Source of the DNA: a plasmid
Strand: one strand, 5' to 3'
Length of the DNA: 64,000 bases
Sequence record: NZ_CP104306.1
Positions 17,476-28,626 of this stretch are shown one piece after another. Position 1 is the first letter of the stretch. Each line of letters begins with the position of its first letter. The notes under the pieces were generated by a model. That model ran no database searches. It was not told the origin of the DNA and worked only from the letters and a program-made list of their open reading frames with translations. The position numbers were made by a program, and so were the translations under genes.

Positions 17476-19384
17476 GTTCTTGCTTCGTCACCTGGAAGTG
17501 CATATGCAGTTTTTCAGATCCTAGCAGGAACATGGCTTCACCTTTATCAAACTTAGGAATCTGTAAAAATTCGCTAGGTGACAAAATATCACCTAACAAC
17601 TGGCGCAAAATACGTGGATTTTTTTCTGTTCCAATGGTTGTCGCATCATGCTTTAAAACAATCTTGTATTGGCATAAGGTATAAATTTGTCTGAGCGCAT
17701 TAATGGCACTGACCGTATCACGATCTTGCGCATTGTCACCACTAGGAAACATCCGCTCCAACCGCTGTGTTGCTAAACAAATGGCACCAAAGGCTTTACG
17801 ATCTTCTGACATGATTCGGACAAACAAATCGGCAACATATGCCTTGTTGGTGTTCAACAAGGTGTGACATTCATCAACGACCAATAAGAAGTGGTGAATA
17901 TCCTCAAGCGATCGCTCACCGTCATCAAACGCCTTCTTTTCAATGCGTCCTTGTTTCATACAAACGTTGTAGCTTGAAATCAACGCATTATAAATCTGTA
18001 AGTCCTGTACTTCTTCTGGGTAAGAATCCGCAAGCGCTGAAAGGTCATAGGAAACCACCAACTCACCGTCATAATCAGGCAAGGTAGAATGCACATCAAA
18101 CAATTCGCCATAAGTCTTCCGCAAATTGTTAAGGGTGACATAGATCTGATCTAGCAGTTTCTTTTCCATATCGTCCGTGCGGTTTTGCCGTTTTTGATCA
18201 ACGAAGTCAATGAGTTGACTGAGCGTGGGATAATCATTGGCGTCTCGCTCCGTAATAAAAGGCTTCTGAGTTAAGCCAATGCTGTCCCCTAGAAGCCCTA
18301 GTTGACGATACAAGCCGTCGCATTGGGTTGCGAAGTATTGTGCTTCCTGACCGCTGGCATCGTGATTAAACAAGCGATATTTCACACTCAAGTCCTTGAG
18401 ATGAGCTTTGTAGCTGCCAACTGGATCAACTTCGTTGCTATCACCCACGGTCACACTTGGATAAACCTGCAACAGGTTAATTGTACCGTCACGACCATCT
18501 AAACTAACGACCTTCCCACCTAGCGCGTGTACCGTGTCTCTAAATTCACCAGACCGATCAAAGATACGCACTAGGTCACTCCGAATCGCACGCTCCCAAA
18601 TAATCTTTTTGAGTTGCGTTGATTTACCTGATCCCAGGTCACCACTCAAAAACAGATTATAGTAAGTTCGCTGCTTATCGACTAAAAACTGATCCCAATA
18701 GACGGTTCCGCCAGTCTGTGTGTAGCCAAAATAAGACCCAAACGGGTCATTCAAAGAGGTTTGATTATGCGCAAAACTCAAGCCTAACACTTCACCGCTC
18801 AACGGAATTCCTTCGCGCGCATTCTTCAAGTACCGCTGTTCGCCAGCAGGTAGAAACATTGCCTGGTACTCTTCCATACCTTCACCGAGGAAGACTGAGG
18901 CCTTGAAGCTCATTTTGCGAATCTGCTTCACGACTTCGTTTACTTTACGTTCCAATTGATCACGAGTTGCTGCATAACAATATACTCGAATGTAGGTTTG
19001 TCTGATGACCTCACCGTCTTTACGTAGTGCTAAGCTCAATGATCGCAGCGGGTCAATTTCATTTTGAATCTCATCAGAATCGGCAATATTCTTCGCATGA
19101 TCTAATTGCACCGTCAGTTCTGTAATAGCTTCCGCAATGTTGTCAACGAAGTCCGCCTTGGTATTGTTGACCGTATCTACCGTTGTTGTCACGCCGGGGA
19201 TCTCAGTAATACCTGTGAGCCAAAAGTCGCTGAACTCCTCCGGAATATCAAAAATATGGATCGTCGTCATATAGTGATCACCCATATTCAGATAAAGTTC
19301 GTTTCGCGTATCAATACCGCCTGCAGGCTGTGTTTTGAAAACAAAGTGCTGATCTAAATCAAACTTCTTCAGTTTCACTAACAC
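17450..19384 (-). CDS. VirB4-family conjugation ATPase (PrgJ/TraE-like)
   Basis: Walker A FLSGDLGSGKST. 644 aa. Embedded in the T4SS operon. Confidence 0.85.
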   Translation of the reverse strand: MLVKLKKFDLDQHFVFKTQPAGGIDTRNELYLNMGDHYMTTIHIFDIPEEFSDFWLTGITEIPGVTTTVDTVNNTKADFVDNIAEAITELTVQLDHAKNIADSDEIQNEIDPLRSLSLALRKDGEVIRQTYIRVYCYAATRDQLERKVNEVVKQIRKMSFKASVFLGEGMEEYQAMFLPAGEQRYLKNAREGIPLSGEVLGLSFAHNQTSLNDPFGSYFGYTQTGGTVYWDQFLVDKQRTYYNLFLSGDLGSGKSTQLKKIIWERAIRSDLVRIFDRSGEFRDTVHALGGKVVSLDGRDGTINLLQVYPSVTVGDSNEVDPVGSYKAHLKDLSVKYRLFNHDASGQEAQYFATQCDGLYRQLGLLGDSIGLTQKPFITERDANDYPTLSQLIDFVDQKRQNRTDDMEKKLLDQIYVTLNNLRKTYGELFDVHSTLPDYDGELVVSYDLSALADSYPEEVQDLQIYNALISSYNVCMKQGRIEKKAFDDGERSLEDIHHFLLVVDECHTLLNTNKAYVADLFVRIMSEDRKAFGAICLATQRLERMFPSGDNAQDRDTVSAINALRQIYTLCQYKIVLKHDATTIGTEKNPRILRQLLGDILSPSEFLQIPKFDKGEAMFLLGSEKLHMHFQVTKQELAVFKGGA

Positions 19385-20006
19385 TCACCTCCGGATTATT
19401 CATCATCTGTAACATCTTCTCCTTTTCAGCAAGTCCAGCACGCTCAAAGGTATAAAGCGTTGAAGCATGCCTAGCTAATTCGAGATTTCTTTCTAGCTCC
19501 GGCACACTGTCGCCAAAGAACCAGATCCAACTGCTTAGCTTGCGATAGGTTTTTTCTAGCTGCTTAAGAACAGCTAGGTCGTGTTGCAACAGCTCAAGAT
19601 AAATGGGATTACGTGTTTGCTCAATTTTCCGCCGGAAATAAGTCTGTTGCCGTTGGTTGGTCTCTGGAAAATTCATGTATAGTTCCTTGATCGAACCAGG
19701 GTATTGTTGATGTAACCCCCAAAGCTCACTCTCAATCTGATCGGCGTCATCAACAGACAGTTCAAACAAATCAAAGCTTTTGGGCTTGAACACGTCCGCA
19801 TAGAACAAGAGGCCATTGTGAGCCAGCTTAATGTAGCCAGAATTTGTGATACCGACTACCGGGTAAATACGACCAACGCCATCCTTGCGTTCCTTTTTCT
19901 TGGCTGCCTCTTTTTGGCGTTTACGTGCTTCAACAGCGTCAAACTTCGTTGCCACGATGCTCACCTCGCTTGAATAGTAGTTGTCTAATTGGGTCGTCAA
20001 TTGCAT
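19359..20006 (-). CDS. T4SS-associated cytoplasmic protein (about 200-215 aa); the start may be GTG at 19955
   Basis: The first ATG lacks an RBS and overlaps the upstream gene by 68 nt. An internal GTG follows GAGGTGA. Confidence 0.5.
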   Translation of the reverse strand: MQLTTQLDNYYSSEVSIVATKFDAVEARKRQKEAAKKKERKDGVGRIYPVVGITNSGYIKLAHNGLLFYADVFKPKSFDLFELSVDDADQIESELWGLHQQYPGSIKELYMNFPETNQRQQTYFRRKIEQTRNPIYLELLQHDLAVLKQLEKTYRKLSSWIWFFGDSVPELERNLELARHASTLYTFERAGLAEKEKMLQMMNNPEVSVSETEEV

Positions 20007-20274
20007 GGTAAATAGCCCGCTTGCGCAGCAACAATTGTTTCATGACCTGCAAGTTGTTCTTTTGTGGTACACCGGATTGGATTCGTAATGCCGCAGTTAG
20101 CACAAACATTAAGATCAATCCAAACAGCGCGACAGCCATGGGCGTTGTGACTATTAGCACAACGAAAGTGACCCCAGAAACAGCGCCCGCAATGAAGACA
20201 TCGCGAATGGTCAAGAGCTTGTTGTATTGTCCTTTGACAATGAGACGGCGCGAATAAATCACCTTATGAGCCAT
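19939..20274 (-). CDS. VirB3-like small membrane protein (PrgI-like)
   Basis: 111 aa with two hydrophobic helices. Located immediately upstream of VirB4 as in Gram-positive T4SS. Confidence 0.45.
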   Translation of the reverse strand: MAHKVIYSRRLIVKGQYNKLLTIRDVFIAGAVSGVTFVVLIVTTPMAVALFGLILMFVLTAALRIQSGVPQKNNLQVMKQLLLRKRAIYHAIDDPIRQLLFKRGEHRGNEV

Positions 20275-20279
20275 TTAAG

Positions 20280-22352
20280 TCACCTCCTAAAGGTAGGCTG
20301 TTCATTATGATTTTGATATGAGTTCTTTGCACTTTGGATTACTTTGCGTGTATTGCTTGGAATGGCGGCCCCACGATTATAAGAGCGCTGTGCCAACCGA
20401 ACAGTTTGCGAATGTTTGGCAAGTGCTGGGACAATTCTGCCACCCCACATTTGACCAAGCGTTCGTGTCTCAGCTGGAATTTGTTTTGGTTGTGCGCCAT
20501 TATCAATGGACTGCGCCCCTGACGCTACTGCTGATCCTGAAACTGCTTGTGTGCTGCCGTCTGATCCCGCTCCAATAGAGGCGTGTGCACCAGCATGACC
20601 ACCAATATTACCGGTCTGTGGCTGCTCCTGAGTATGAGTCCCGGTCGCAAAGCTTGCCCCTTTAGGCGCCGCTTGTCCCATCGTACGTTGAGCTGTTTTA
20701 GGTTTTGAAAGCTCGCCTTGTTCTCCTTGCATTGGTTCACTCCCACTAAGTGAGGCCATGTCCGGCCCAGCTGCTGCTGGTGTTTCACTTGCCGGTTCAG
20801 TGCCACTCAACGAAGCCATATCTGGCCCTACTGCTGCCGGCATCTCGCTTGCCGGTTCAGTGCCACTCAGTGAAGCCATATCTGGTCCATTGACCGCTGG
20901 TGCCTCACTGGCTGGCTCTGTACCGCTCAACGAAGCCATATCTGGCCCAGCAACGCTCGATGAGGTTGGATTAGCGTCTGTGCCACTTTGTTTGCCAAGC
21001 TCTGGATCTGTTGTCGCTGGTGTTTCCAGATCAGGAGTCGCTGCGTCTTGCTTGGCTGCTTCTGCGCCAATGCCATCAATGGATGGTTTGCTACCGCTAG
21101 AGCGATTACTCTTATTGCTCCTAAAGGCATTTGCAAAACCAGCACCATATCCCGCCGCACGAGCAGCGCCATGCGCCGTTGCGTGTGCCGCATTGTTGAC
21201 ACCCCGTGCCATACCACGACCTAGGCCACCAGCGGCACGAAGACCCATCGCACCACCAACAAGGGTTGCCCCAATACCACGTGCACCGCCATCCATGCCA
21301 AACAAACTTGTCACAATGTTTGGACCATTAATCAAAAACATGGCTCCAGCAATAATTCCGAAACACTGTGCTACTGGGCTTTGTTGATTTGCTGGATTCG
21401 CAAGGGCACTTGTCCAGAAGGTGAATAGTTGTAACATGACCGAGGTTAAAAACAACACGATAAAGGTATCGCGCAGCTTTTGTATCAAGGCTAAATTACG
21501 TTTGCCTGAATCAATATCAGACAAGGCCATTCCTTGCGCCAGCATGGTAATAAAGCCGATTTCCATAATGGATACGAAAACCTTGATAATGACCAAGATG
21601 ATCGCAATGGTAAACGCAAATAACTCGAAAAACGTCAGATACGGATGGAATGAGTAACGGTAGTAAGCAATATCGTGGAAGAATGCCTTCATATCGCGTA
21701 ATTGATACTTACCGTCACCGCCCATTGTCAGCTGATGCGACATGATTTCATTCCCAGTCGCATTTAGTTTGGAGCCAGCATGATTCAATAGCGTATTCCC
21801 AGTATCCAGTGTCTCATTAATATCTAGGTTATTGACGTCGTCAATTGTTTTGATGCTCGTGCTTGGATTGGGTGATAGGGATTTCCAACCATCATTGTTG
21901 ACCCGCATTAGATCAGTCATATTGTTGGAGACGATTGAGACCGCCGGACGAGCTTTTTGTAGTGATGTTCCGACGCCAGCAACGACCAATCCAGACAGGG
22001 TTGACGTCAAGGTACCAAGGCCAATGAAGATAAACAACGCCACCATGAGATTGTTGATCTTCTGGTGAAAGTCAGTCTTGGTACGATGAATCATCATGAA
22101 ACCGACCCAGGCAATCCCAAGCGTACAAAGAACCCAAAAGATGGGTTGATACGCGGCAACAAAGCCACTGACATCTTTTGAGTTCCAAAAGTCGATGAGT
22201 TTAAACGCTTGACTGTACATACTGGTCAAACCATCAGCCAAATTCGCTAACATGCGAATGATTTGCCAGCCAATCCAGCGTAGGCCATCGTTGATCCATG
22301 TTGCTTTGTGCAACACTGGCTGAAACTTTTCCAAATATTCAATGGTACTCAA
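20280..22352 (-). CDS. VirB6-like polytopic membrane channel protein with a C-terminal tandem-repeat tail (690 aa)
   Basis: Multiple transmembrane helices over about 380 aa. The tail carries GPDMASLSGTEPASE-xPAA repeated four times. Overlaps the VirD4 gene by 4 nt. Confidence 0.6.
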   Translation of the reverse strand: MSTIEYLEKFQPVLHKATWINDGLRWIGWQIIRMLANLADGLTSMYSQAFKLIDFWNSKDVSGFVAAYQPIFWVLCTLGIAWVGFMMIHRTKTDFHQKINNLMVALFIFIGLGTLTSTLSGLVVAGVGTSLQKARPAVSIVSNNMTDLMRVNNDGWKSLSPNPSTSIKTIDDVNNLDINETLDTGNTLLNHAGSKLNATGNEIMSHQLTMGGDGKYQLRDMKAFFHDIAYYRYSFHPYLTFFELFAFTIAIILVIIKVFVSIMEIGFITMLAQGMALSDIDSGKRNLALIQKLRDTFIVLFLTSVMLQLFTFWTSALANPANQQSPVAQCFGIIAGAMFLINGPNIVTSLFGMDGGARGIGATLVGGAMGLRAAGGLGRGMARGVNNAAHATAHGAARAAGYGAGFANAFRSNKSNRSSGSKPSIDGIGAEAAKQDAATPDLETPATTDPELGKQSGTDANPTSSSVAGPDMASLSGTEPASEAPAVNGPDMASLSGTEPASEMPAAVGPDMASLSGTEPASETPAAAGPDMASLSGSEPMQGEQGELSKPKTAQRTMGQAAPKGASFATGTHTQEQPQTGNIGGHAGAHASIGAGSDGSTQAVSGSAVASGAQSIDNGAQPKQIPAETRTLGQMWGGRIVPALAKHSQTVRLAQRSYNRGAAIPSNTRKVIQSAKNSYQNHNEQPTFRR
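20737..20957. repeat. Tandem 54-bp repeat (about 3.7 copies) within the VirB6-like gene
   Basis: Unit GAAGCCATATCTGGCCC..CTGCTGC.GG....TC.CTTGCCGGTTCAGTGCCACTCA.. seen at 20752, 20812, 20866 and 20920. Confidence 0.8.
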
Positions 22353-24805
22353 GCATTGTCACCTTCTTTCTTCTTGAATGCGTCTAACTTTTGATAGGCA
22401 AAATCCAGTTGCGCAGCAAAGTTTTTCATGGCTCGCCGAGCATTTAGCCAATGAGCCATCGCTTCAACAGAATCTAGCGATTGATATTCAGCGTAGTCAT
22501 CTTGTGTGAGCAGCTCCTGAACGCCCTTTTCAATCATTTGAAGTTGCGATTTACTAAACAAAGTCGATAGCGGCGTCGCTTGTTGATCAATCTCTGTAGT
22601 GATTTGTTTCTTAGGGTCTTTAGGTTCCGGTTCCTCTGAGCGGTTAATATTGTCCTGATCTGATTTTGAATCCTCTGTCGATTTTTTTAAGTCCAATGCT
22701 GGTGTGTTTTCTGTATTTTGATCTGAATTTTCGTCAGTTGCTGCTTGTTCAGACGCATTTTGCTCTACCTGCGGCTCATCGTTTTCGGTATTGAGTGAAT
22801 GACCATTCACTTTAACTGTGATTTCAGGATCATCATTTTCATTCTGCGGTTCAATCGTTGTCACGGTAATATCCAGCAACATTTTTTTGAGATCAATATC
22901 GTTATGCGCTGGCTTCTTGTCGCCATACAACTCGGCAAAGGTTGCCTGGTGATTAAACCGCGTCAGATATTCAAACGAGAATGGTAACTCCGTGCCCTCA
23001 TCCGGATTAGCATGAATCGGCCAAGCCGTAATTGAACGATTCTCAAGATCAGACCGTTGCTTACTACGAATTAGCACCACCTCGCCTTTTCTGAGTCGAA
23101 GCAACTCATCGGGCATCATCAGTCTTCTCGTCTCTTGAGACTCACCAAACGACTTGTCCGTGTCCATTGGTGCCCCGTGACGCGATGGTGCAATCACTGT
23201 TGTTTGCCCAATTTGCTTGGAGAAGTATTCTGCATCATCGTAGTTGTCAGCCAAAATGTCATACTTGTTGCCACAGGCACCCATGATTTCGGCAGCGCCT
23301 TCCTTGCCATAATTGGCCTCCAACTGTGCAATTGACTGCAAAATCAGGTAATAGACCAGACCACGTCCACGACCAACGTTGAGGTAATGTGGTAGTCCTT
23401 CAATACGTGGCAAGTTACCTAGTTCCTCATACAGATTAATCACCCGCCGCTTGAGCTTTGAGTCAGCTGCGAGCGTCGCCATCTTAGCCAACACGTAGCC
23501 CACCTGCGATAGAAAGGTCGCCACTAGTGAGTAGTTCGAGTTGTCGTAATCTGGGTAGATGATAAAGAAAGCCACTGGTTTGTCACCAGTGGCTAAGTCG
23601 GCAATATTAAAGTCATTTGTGGCCGTTAAGCGGCCAATATTACTAAAGGCGTAGTTCTTAATGCCTGCCATCGTACCAGTAAAGATACCGCTACGGGTAA
23701 TCCCTTGCGAAAATTGAATTGTGCCATACTGCAATTTGGCTGGATCACCAGAGGGCAACTTGGAGAAGAACTTGTCCAGTTTGGTCATGCCATTCTCATC
23801 TGGATTAGCCCCTAGTTCACTCAACATAGTGGTGACAGTATACATCGTGATTTTCTCAGGTGTGTGTTGATCAAAGCAGACCTTACATACCGCTAGAATG
23901 AGGGCATTCAGTAGTGAAATCGAAGACTGTTCCCACATTGGTTCCTTTGCATTCGGATTGTGGAAAATACTGTAGGAAAAGGTATTGCACAACATCTGCG
24001 CATTATCAAAGTCTCCAGCAGCGTACGCTTGTTTCACTAGCTCAAGGGGGTTATAGGCAATCGAGTAAGTCGGATCAACTAGGTTTAAAGCCGCAACTCG
24101 ATAACCACGTGCCTCAAATTCTGCTTTGGTGCTACGAAGCATTTCACCTTTAACATCGGTGATAATGACAGAATCATGGACGGACGCCCGCATAATGAAA
24201 TCCAGCACTGGCAGAGAGAACAGCGTTGTCTTCCCACCACCTGGCCCAGCCACAGCAACTGTATTGGTGCCACTAGTATCCACTAGATCAACGCCATGAT
24301 GCTGGTCGGCACCGCGATACTGCTGCACAACAGTCTTCAATTCATATTTGTCCATTTGATCCTTTTTAATATGGAGCTGAGGTACCCCTGACTTACCGAC
24401 ATATGGATAGTCATTTAATGGAATGGCGATACTTGCGGCCGCCACCTCTGCCACCCGTGCAAAGCGTCCGGTGCCTTTTTGTCCAGTATTAATCGACTGA
24501 AAGGCTTTGCGCCAGCGATAGGTGCGTATGAGTACATAAATGACCAGCGCAACTAGGCCAACCAAGTACAACAGCACTACCAGCAGATAGGTGAAATCAG
24601 GCCATAAAAAATTAGCCGGATGTAGTACCGTTGCGACAATTGTTTGTAAACTAGGTGCCTGTTTCATCAGTTTTAGGAACATTGATGGAATATGTGTCAA
24701 CCAATTAAGAATCAGTAGACCACCTATCAACCACAGACCTGCAATTGCGATTAGAAATCGTTTGTTGCCAAGTGCTTCACGCCACTGCCTTTTTTCGTGG
24801 TTCAT
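22349..24805 (-). CDS. VirD4/TraG-family type IV coupling protein (818 aa)
   Basis: N-terminal transmembrane helices. Walker A VAVAGPGGGKTT. Acidic C-terminal tail. Confidence 0.85.
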   Translation of the reverse strand: MNHEKRQWREALGNKRFLIAIAGLWLIGGLLILNWLTHIPSMFLKLMKQAPSLQTIVATVLHPANFLWPDFTYLLVVLLYLVGLVALVIYVLIRTYRWRKAFQSINTGQKGTGRFARVAEVAAASIAIPLNDYPYVGKSGVPQLHIKKDQMDKYELKTVVQQYRGADQHHGVDLVDTSGTNTVAVAGPGGGKTTLFSLPVLDFIMRASVHDSVIITDVKGEMLRSTKAEFEARGYRVAALNLVDPTYSIAYNPLELVKQAYAAGDFDNAQMLCNTFSYSIFHNPNAKEPMWEQSSISLLNALILAVCKVCFDQHTPEKITMYTVTTMLSELGANPDENGMTKLDKFFSKLPSGDPAKLQYGTIQFSQGITRSGIFTGTMAGIKNYAFSNIGRLTATNDFNIADLATGDKPVAFFIIYPDYDNSNYSLVATFLSQVGYVLAKMATLAADSKLKRRVINLYEELGNLPRIEGLPHYLNVGRGRGLVYYLILQSIAQLEANYGKEGAAEIMGACGNKYDILADNYDDAEYFSKQIGQTTVIAPSRHGAPMDTDKSFGESQETRRLMMPDELLRLRKGEVVLIRSKQRSDLENRSITAWPIHANPDEGTELPFSFEYLTRFNHQATFAELYGDKKPAHNDIDLKKMLLDITVTTIEPQNENDDPEITVKVNGHSLNTENDEPQVEQNASEQAATDENSDQNTENTPALDLKKSTEDSKSDQDNINRSEEPEPKDPKKQITTEIDQQATPLSTLFSKSQLQMIEKGVQELLTQDDYAEYQSLDSVEAMAHWLNARRAMKNFAAQLDFAYQKLDAFKKKEGDNA

Positions 24806-24831
24806 GCTGACCTCCTTTCTGCTGTCACTCG

Positions 24832-25410
24832 TTATTCACGGCGGCTCGCCATCCACTCCACTAATCGCCAATATACCTTTCTAAACCTTCGATAAGCGAT
24901 TTTAAGCACGTAGAGTGCTAATGCCACGATGATCGTCATGACAATTAACATCAGTGGATGCTCTTTAATCCCATATATGTCTTGTTCGAGAACATGTGCG
25001 TAGGCCGCCAAAACGAGCAGTCCAATCATGATGCCCCATCGAGGGAATATGACGCGCAAGCTTTGCACAAAAAAGACCGCACATACTAGCGCAGCTGCTG
25101 TAAGAACAAATTGATATAACTGGGATTGCGTCAATAAAGCAGCGGGCAGTGCATGATACAGTAACACCAGTGCCAACAGGCTTACAATTAGCCCAAGCGC
25201 ACGCTCACTGTGCTGCCGCAACGTGATTGGCTTCATTTGGTCGACTGAAACACCCGTCTCATAGATAATCGTTGCTGTTTTACACCACTCTCCTGCAACC
25301 GATATGCCAATCACCTGATAACCGGCCGCGATCAGGTATCGGGTGGTTTCATTAACACGATCATCGAGGCCATCGCTGGTAAAACTGGAAATTGTTTTTA
25401 TCGCTCGCAT
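24832..25410 (-). CDS. T4SS-associated integral membrane protein (192 aa)
   Basis: Four predicted transmembrane helices in the C-terminal half. Confidence 0.5.
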   Translation of the reverse strand: MRAIKTISSFTSDGLDDRVNETTRYLIAAGYQVIGISVAGEWCKTATIIYETGVSVDQMKPITLRQHSERALGLIVSLLALVLLYHALPAALLTQSQLYQFVLTAAALVCAVFFVQSLRVIFPRWGIMIGLLVLAAYAHVLEQDIYGIKEHPLMLIVMTIIVALALYVLKIAYRRFRKVYWRLVEWMASRRE

Positions 25411-25418
25411 TTTTCCTC

Positions 25419-25838
25419 CTAGTTGAAGCCTCCTGGTAATACATTGCTGTAGTTCGATGAATCTATGGGTGTGTCATTTGCCACCTTTGGTGGGTTAGTT
25501 AGTTGATCATCAACCACTGGCGCGGCCTCTTTGACGATTTTGACGAAACTGGCGGCCATAATGAAGTATCTGGTCGTTGATTGCCCTGGTGCCTCACTGA
25601 ACACACTGGCGGCAAAGCGACCAGTGATCAAAACACGATCACCCAGCTTAACGTTCTTAACGAAGTCTGCGGCAGTTTCGTTATAAAGTTTAACGGGAAC
25701 ATTGACCTTCTTAGTACGATCTTGATGATCTCGAATACATTCCAAATAGGCAGAAGCAGTTAGGAAATCCTGATTTTGACGGTGTTTCACATCGGTTATG
25801 ACGGTTCCTGATAATTGAACACTATTGATGTCTTCCAT
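25419..25838 (-). CDS. ssb: Single-stranded DNA-binding protein (plasmid SSB)
   Basis: OB-fold pattern VQLSGTVITDVK...VPVKLYNETAADFVKNVKLGDRVLITGRF. Disordered C-terminal tail. Confidence 0.75.
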   Translation of the reverse strand: MEDINSVQLSGTVITDVKHRQNQDFLTASAYLECIRDHQDRTKKVNVPVKLYNETAADFVKNVKLGDRVLITGRFAASVFSEAPGQSTTRYFIMAASFVKIVKEAAPVVDDQLTNPPKVANDTPIDSSNYSNVLPGGFN

Positions 25839-25847
25839 GATGTCCTC

Positions 25848-27407
25848 CTATTCCACTGTGACCACAATGGTCTGTTGCGTCTGTTGTCCATTCTGATCAG
25901 TTGCCGTGTAAATCAGCGTATAACGACCTGCCTTTTGCGTATTAACCTCACCCTCATAGGAAATTGTTACTGGGCCGTTAGTTGACGTTGCACTCACACC
26001 GGCCATGGGATCAAAGTGATTCCCCAGTTTAATGGTCCGATCTTGTAACCCTTTGAAAACTGGCTTTTCAGCAATCACATTAATGACACGATCCTGGGTC
26101 GTCACATGGCCCCACTTATCAACATACGAGTACGTAACCGACTTTTGTCCTGGTGTTTTGGTATCGCATGTTGTCACCGTGAAATCACTAGGAGTCGCAC
26201 TATATGGATCACTAACGGAGACCCCTTTGCGTAAATCCGGCGTTGATCCTTGTTGAACCGTCAACGCATCAAGTCCTGAAAAACTGGCATCTTTGGCATA
26301 AACCGTAATGTTAATGGTCTTAGTTGTTTGTCCACCATCATGATCTGACACGCTATAGGTCAGTTGAGACGTCCCTAACTTAGTTGTATCAACGTTGCCT
26401 GTAACCTTAACATCCTTCGTCAAATCACCATCTTGCACATCACTTGCCGTGACATTGGCCATGGGATCAAATGAGGTTCCCACTTCGACTGTTTGATCAT
26501 TCGCACTGATAACTGGCAAATCATTGGCTACCGTGATCACGCGCTTCGCGCTGGTCGTTTGACCGGCACTGTCGGTTACCGAATAGGTCAGGGTGTACGT
26601 TCCCTCTTTGCTTAGATCAACATTGCCCGTCACCTTAATGGCCTTAGTAAGATCGCCATCCTCTTTATCCGAAGCCGTAATGCCATTTAGCACATCAAAA
26701 GTACCATTATGTGACAGCGAAACCGTTTGATTCTCCGGAACATTTAAAACAGGGGCAGTGTTTTGATCCGGTTGAACAGGATTAACTGGATTTACGGGAT
26801 TAACCGGGTCAACTGGGTTATCTGGGTTGTCCGGGTTGACTGGTGTAATTGGATTGACAGGTTTGTCTGGGTCAACCGGCTCTACGGGATTAACTGGTGT
26901 CGGCGTTTTGCCATCATCGTTAGTTTTACTTTGATCAGTTTGTGACGTGTCTGTTGTGTCATTGGTCAGTGGCTTTACGCTAGCCGTATCATCGCTATTG
27001 TCATTTAAAGCCTTTGGTGGCTCAACTGCCGCCGTTGCTGCCGCCAGTGATGCTTTTGCTGTTGGCGTATCTAAGGCTTTCGCAATAGTCGCAATTGGAT
27101 CACTATCCAAGATATTGTTGGTTGCCGATTTGAAAGCATGATCTTCATTTGAAGTTGAGGTACTACTCTCTTCTAGGGCCTGGTCAATAATATCGTTGAC
27201 TGTATTCTTGCCCTTCTCCTTCTTAGCTTGGCTACCTTTGGATGCTTTAGGCTTCTGCATCTTTTTCTGGTAAGACGAGGTGTGAGTGGCCTGTTGATCA
27301 CTATGTGCTTGTGTGGCAGCCCAAAGGCCACCAGCTCCTAGTAGCGCAACGGCTGTTGTTGTGATGATGATATGACGTTTCTTATTATTCGTTTGTTGAT
27401 TCTTCAT
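25848..27407 (-). CDS. Surface protein with a Pro-rich PxNPV linker and bacterial Ig-like domains (519 aa)
   Basis: N-terminal anchor/signal. [25 protein letters not shown] linker. Three repeated GDLTKxxKVTGNVD..[10 protein letters not shown] Ig-like modules. Confidence 0.6.
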   Translation of the reverse strand: MKNQQTNNKKRHIIITTTAVALLGAGGLWAATQAHSDQQATHTSSYQKKMQKPKASKGSQAKKEKGKNTVNDIIDQALEESSTSTSNEDHAFKSATNNILDSDPIATIAKALDTPTAKASLAAATAAVEPPKALNDNSDDTASVKPLTNDTTDTSQTDQSKTNDDGKTPTPVNPVEPVDPDKPVNPITPVNPDNPDNPVDPVNPVNPVNPVQPDQNTAPVLNVPENQTVSLSHNGTFDVLNGITASDKEDGDLTKAIKVTGNVDLSKEGTYTLTYSVTDSAGQTTSAKRVITVANDLPVISANDQTVEVGTSFDPMANVTASDVQDGDLTKDVKVTGNVDTTKLGTSQLTYSVSDHDGGQTTKTINITVYAKDASFSGLDALTVQQGSTPDLRKGVSVSDPYSATPSDFTVTTCDTKTPGQKSVTYSYVDKWGHVTTQDRVINVIAEKPVFKGLQDRTIKLGNHFDPMAGVSATSTNGPVTISYEGEVNTQKAGRYTLIYTATDQNGQQTQQTIVVTVE

Positions 27408-28626
27408 AGGGACTCTTCCCTCCTAATGATTTTCTGAGTGCTAACCAGTTGTGCTGATCTTTGAGTGCTTGTTTCCGATCTGTTTCAGAGAGTTTTGGAT
27501 TATTTGCGTCCGCTTTAGCCTTCTCATAGGCAGCCTGATAGGTCTTACCAACTTCAAGCACTTTGTCGGCATCTTTATTGTTCATGGATTTCGCAAGTGT
27601 CGCCGCTTGATCCAACTTTCCCTCATGAATCAACGCGAGAAAGATCAGCTGTTGCAGCTGTTGACTCTTAATTTCTGAATTGATGGTCAAAGCATTCTCT
27701 GGTTGATTCTGGTAAATATAGCTGATAGCCAGTTTTACCTTTCTAACTGCCGTTAGATCTGCATCTTGGCTTACCGAAATGACCGTTGAGAACTTCTTCT
27801 GCATATAGGCCAAATCAAAACGGCCATTATTTGATGGGTACTTTTGAACAAACGCAGCTAGCGATTTTTCATCATTATCCTTGACTAACCTAGCTTCAAT
27901 ATCACGATGCTTACTGGGATAGAGCTTGGCGGCTTGAACGTAAGAAGCATTCTGAATGAGTGTTTGATAACTCGGCACAGGTTTTGGCCTCATCAAAAAG
28001 AGCATAAAAATAGCAACGACTAGAATCGTTGCTGCTGCTAACAAAGAACGCTTTATGATTTGTGCAGATGTCCCTATTTGGGGCCGCTTTAAATGTGGAA
28101 GCCGCCACATTGGCTCCTTCCTTACCCGCCGCCTTAACGATCCTTTCCTTGATTCTTGTGGCTTTTGCTTTGTAGTGGCTGGCGCTGAGCTTCCCGCTTT
28201 ACGTACTGCTTCTTCCTCTTTGGAGACAATTGGCTTGAGATGATGAGCCTTTTCTTGACGAGCAACTACTGGCAAGGTTTCTTGGACTGCTTTTGGCTGT
28301 TCCTCAATCGTTAGTTCCTGTCTAACTCGGTCGGAAAATGCTTTAAATGCTTCAGGCGATTGATCACTCAAGACGGTTTGGTAGGCATGATCTAGAATCA
28401 AGAGAAGGTTATGCAGCCAGCCTTGTCCTGTGCCAATTGGAAGATTATCTTCATACTCAATGCCGTCCTGACCAACAATTTTGAAGTTCACATCTTCCTT
28501 GAAGTGATGTTGAATCGCATAATCGTCAGCCGCACTAATCATCTTTTCGGCTTCGGATAAAGACAGTTGTCTCTTTTTCTTTAGAAATTGACGCAACTTT
28601 CTTGAACATTCAAATTTAGCGTACAC
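27385..28626 (-). CDS. Bitopic T4SS-associated membrane protein (413 aa)
   Basis: Central transmembrane helix LLAAATILVVAIFMLFLM. Cytoplasmic N-terminus and extracellular C-terminus. Confidence 0.5.
   Translation of the reverse strand: MYAKFECSRKLRQFLKKKRQLSLSEAEKMISAADDYAIQHHFKEDVNFKIVGQDGIEYEDNLPIGTGQGWLHNLLLILDHAYQTVLSDQSPEAFKAFSDRVRQELTIEEQPKAVQETLPVVARQEKAHHLKPIVSKEEEAVRKAGSSAPATTKQKPQESRKGSLRRRVRKEPMWRLPHLKRPQIGTSAQIIKRSLLAAATILVVAIFMLFLMRPKPVPSYQTLIQNASYVQAAKLYPSKHRDIEARLVKDNDEKSLAAFVQKYPSNNGRFDLAYMQKKFSTVISVSQDADLTAVRKVKLAISYIYQNQPENALTINSEIKSQQLQQLIFLALIHEGKLDQAATLAKSMNNKDADKVLEVGKTYQAAYEKAKADANNPKLSETDRKQALKDQHNWLALRKSLGGKSPYEESTNE

Noticed and set aside
20758-21387. 209-aa plus-strand ORF (and several others, 20318-21657) opposite the VirB6-like gene
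   Set aside because: It is an antisense reading of the Ala/Ser/Pro tandem-repeat region. The minus-strand gene has coherent transmembrane topology and operon context.
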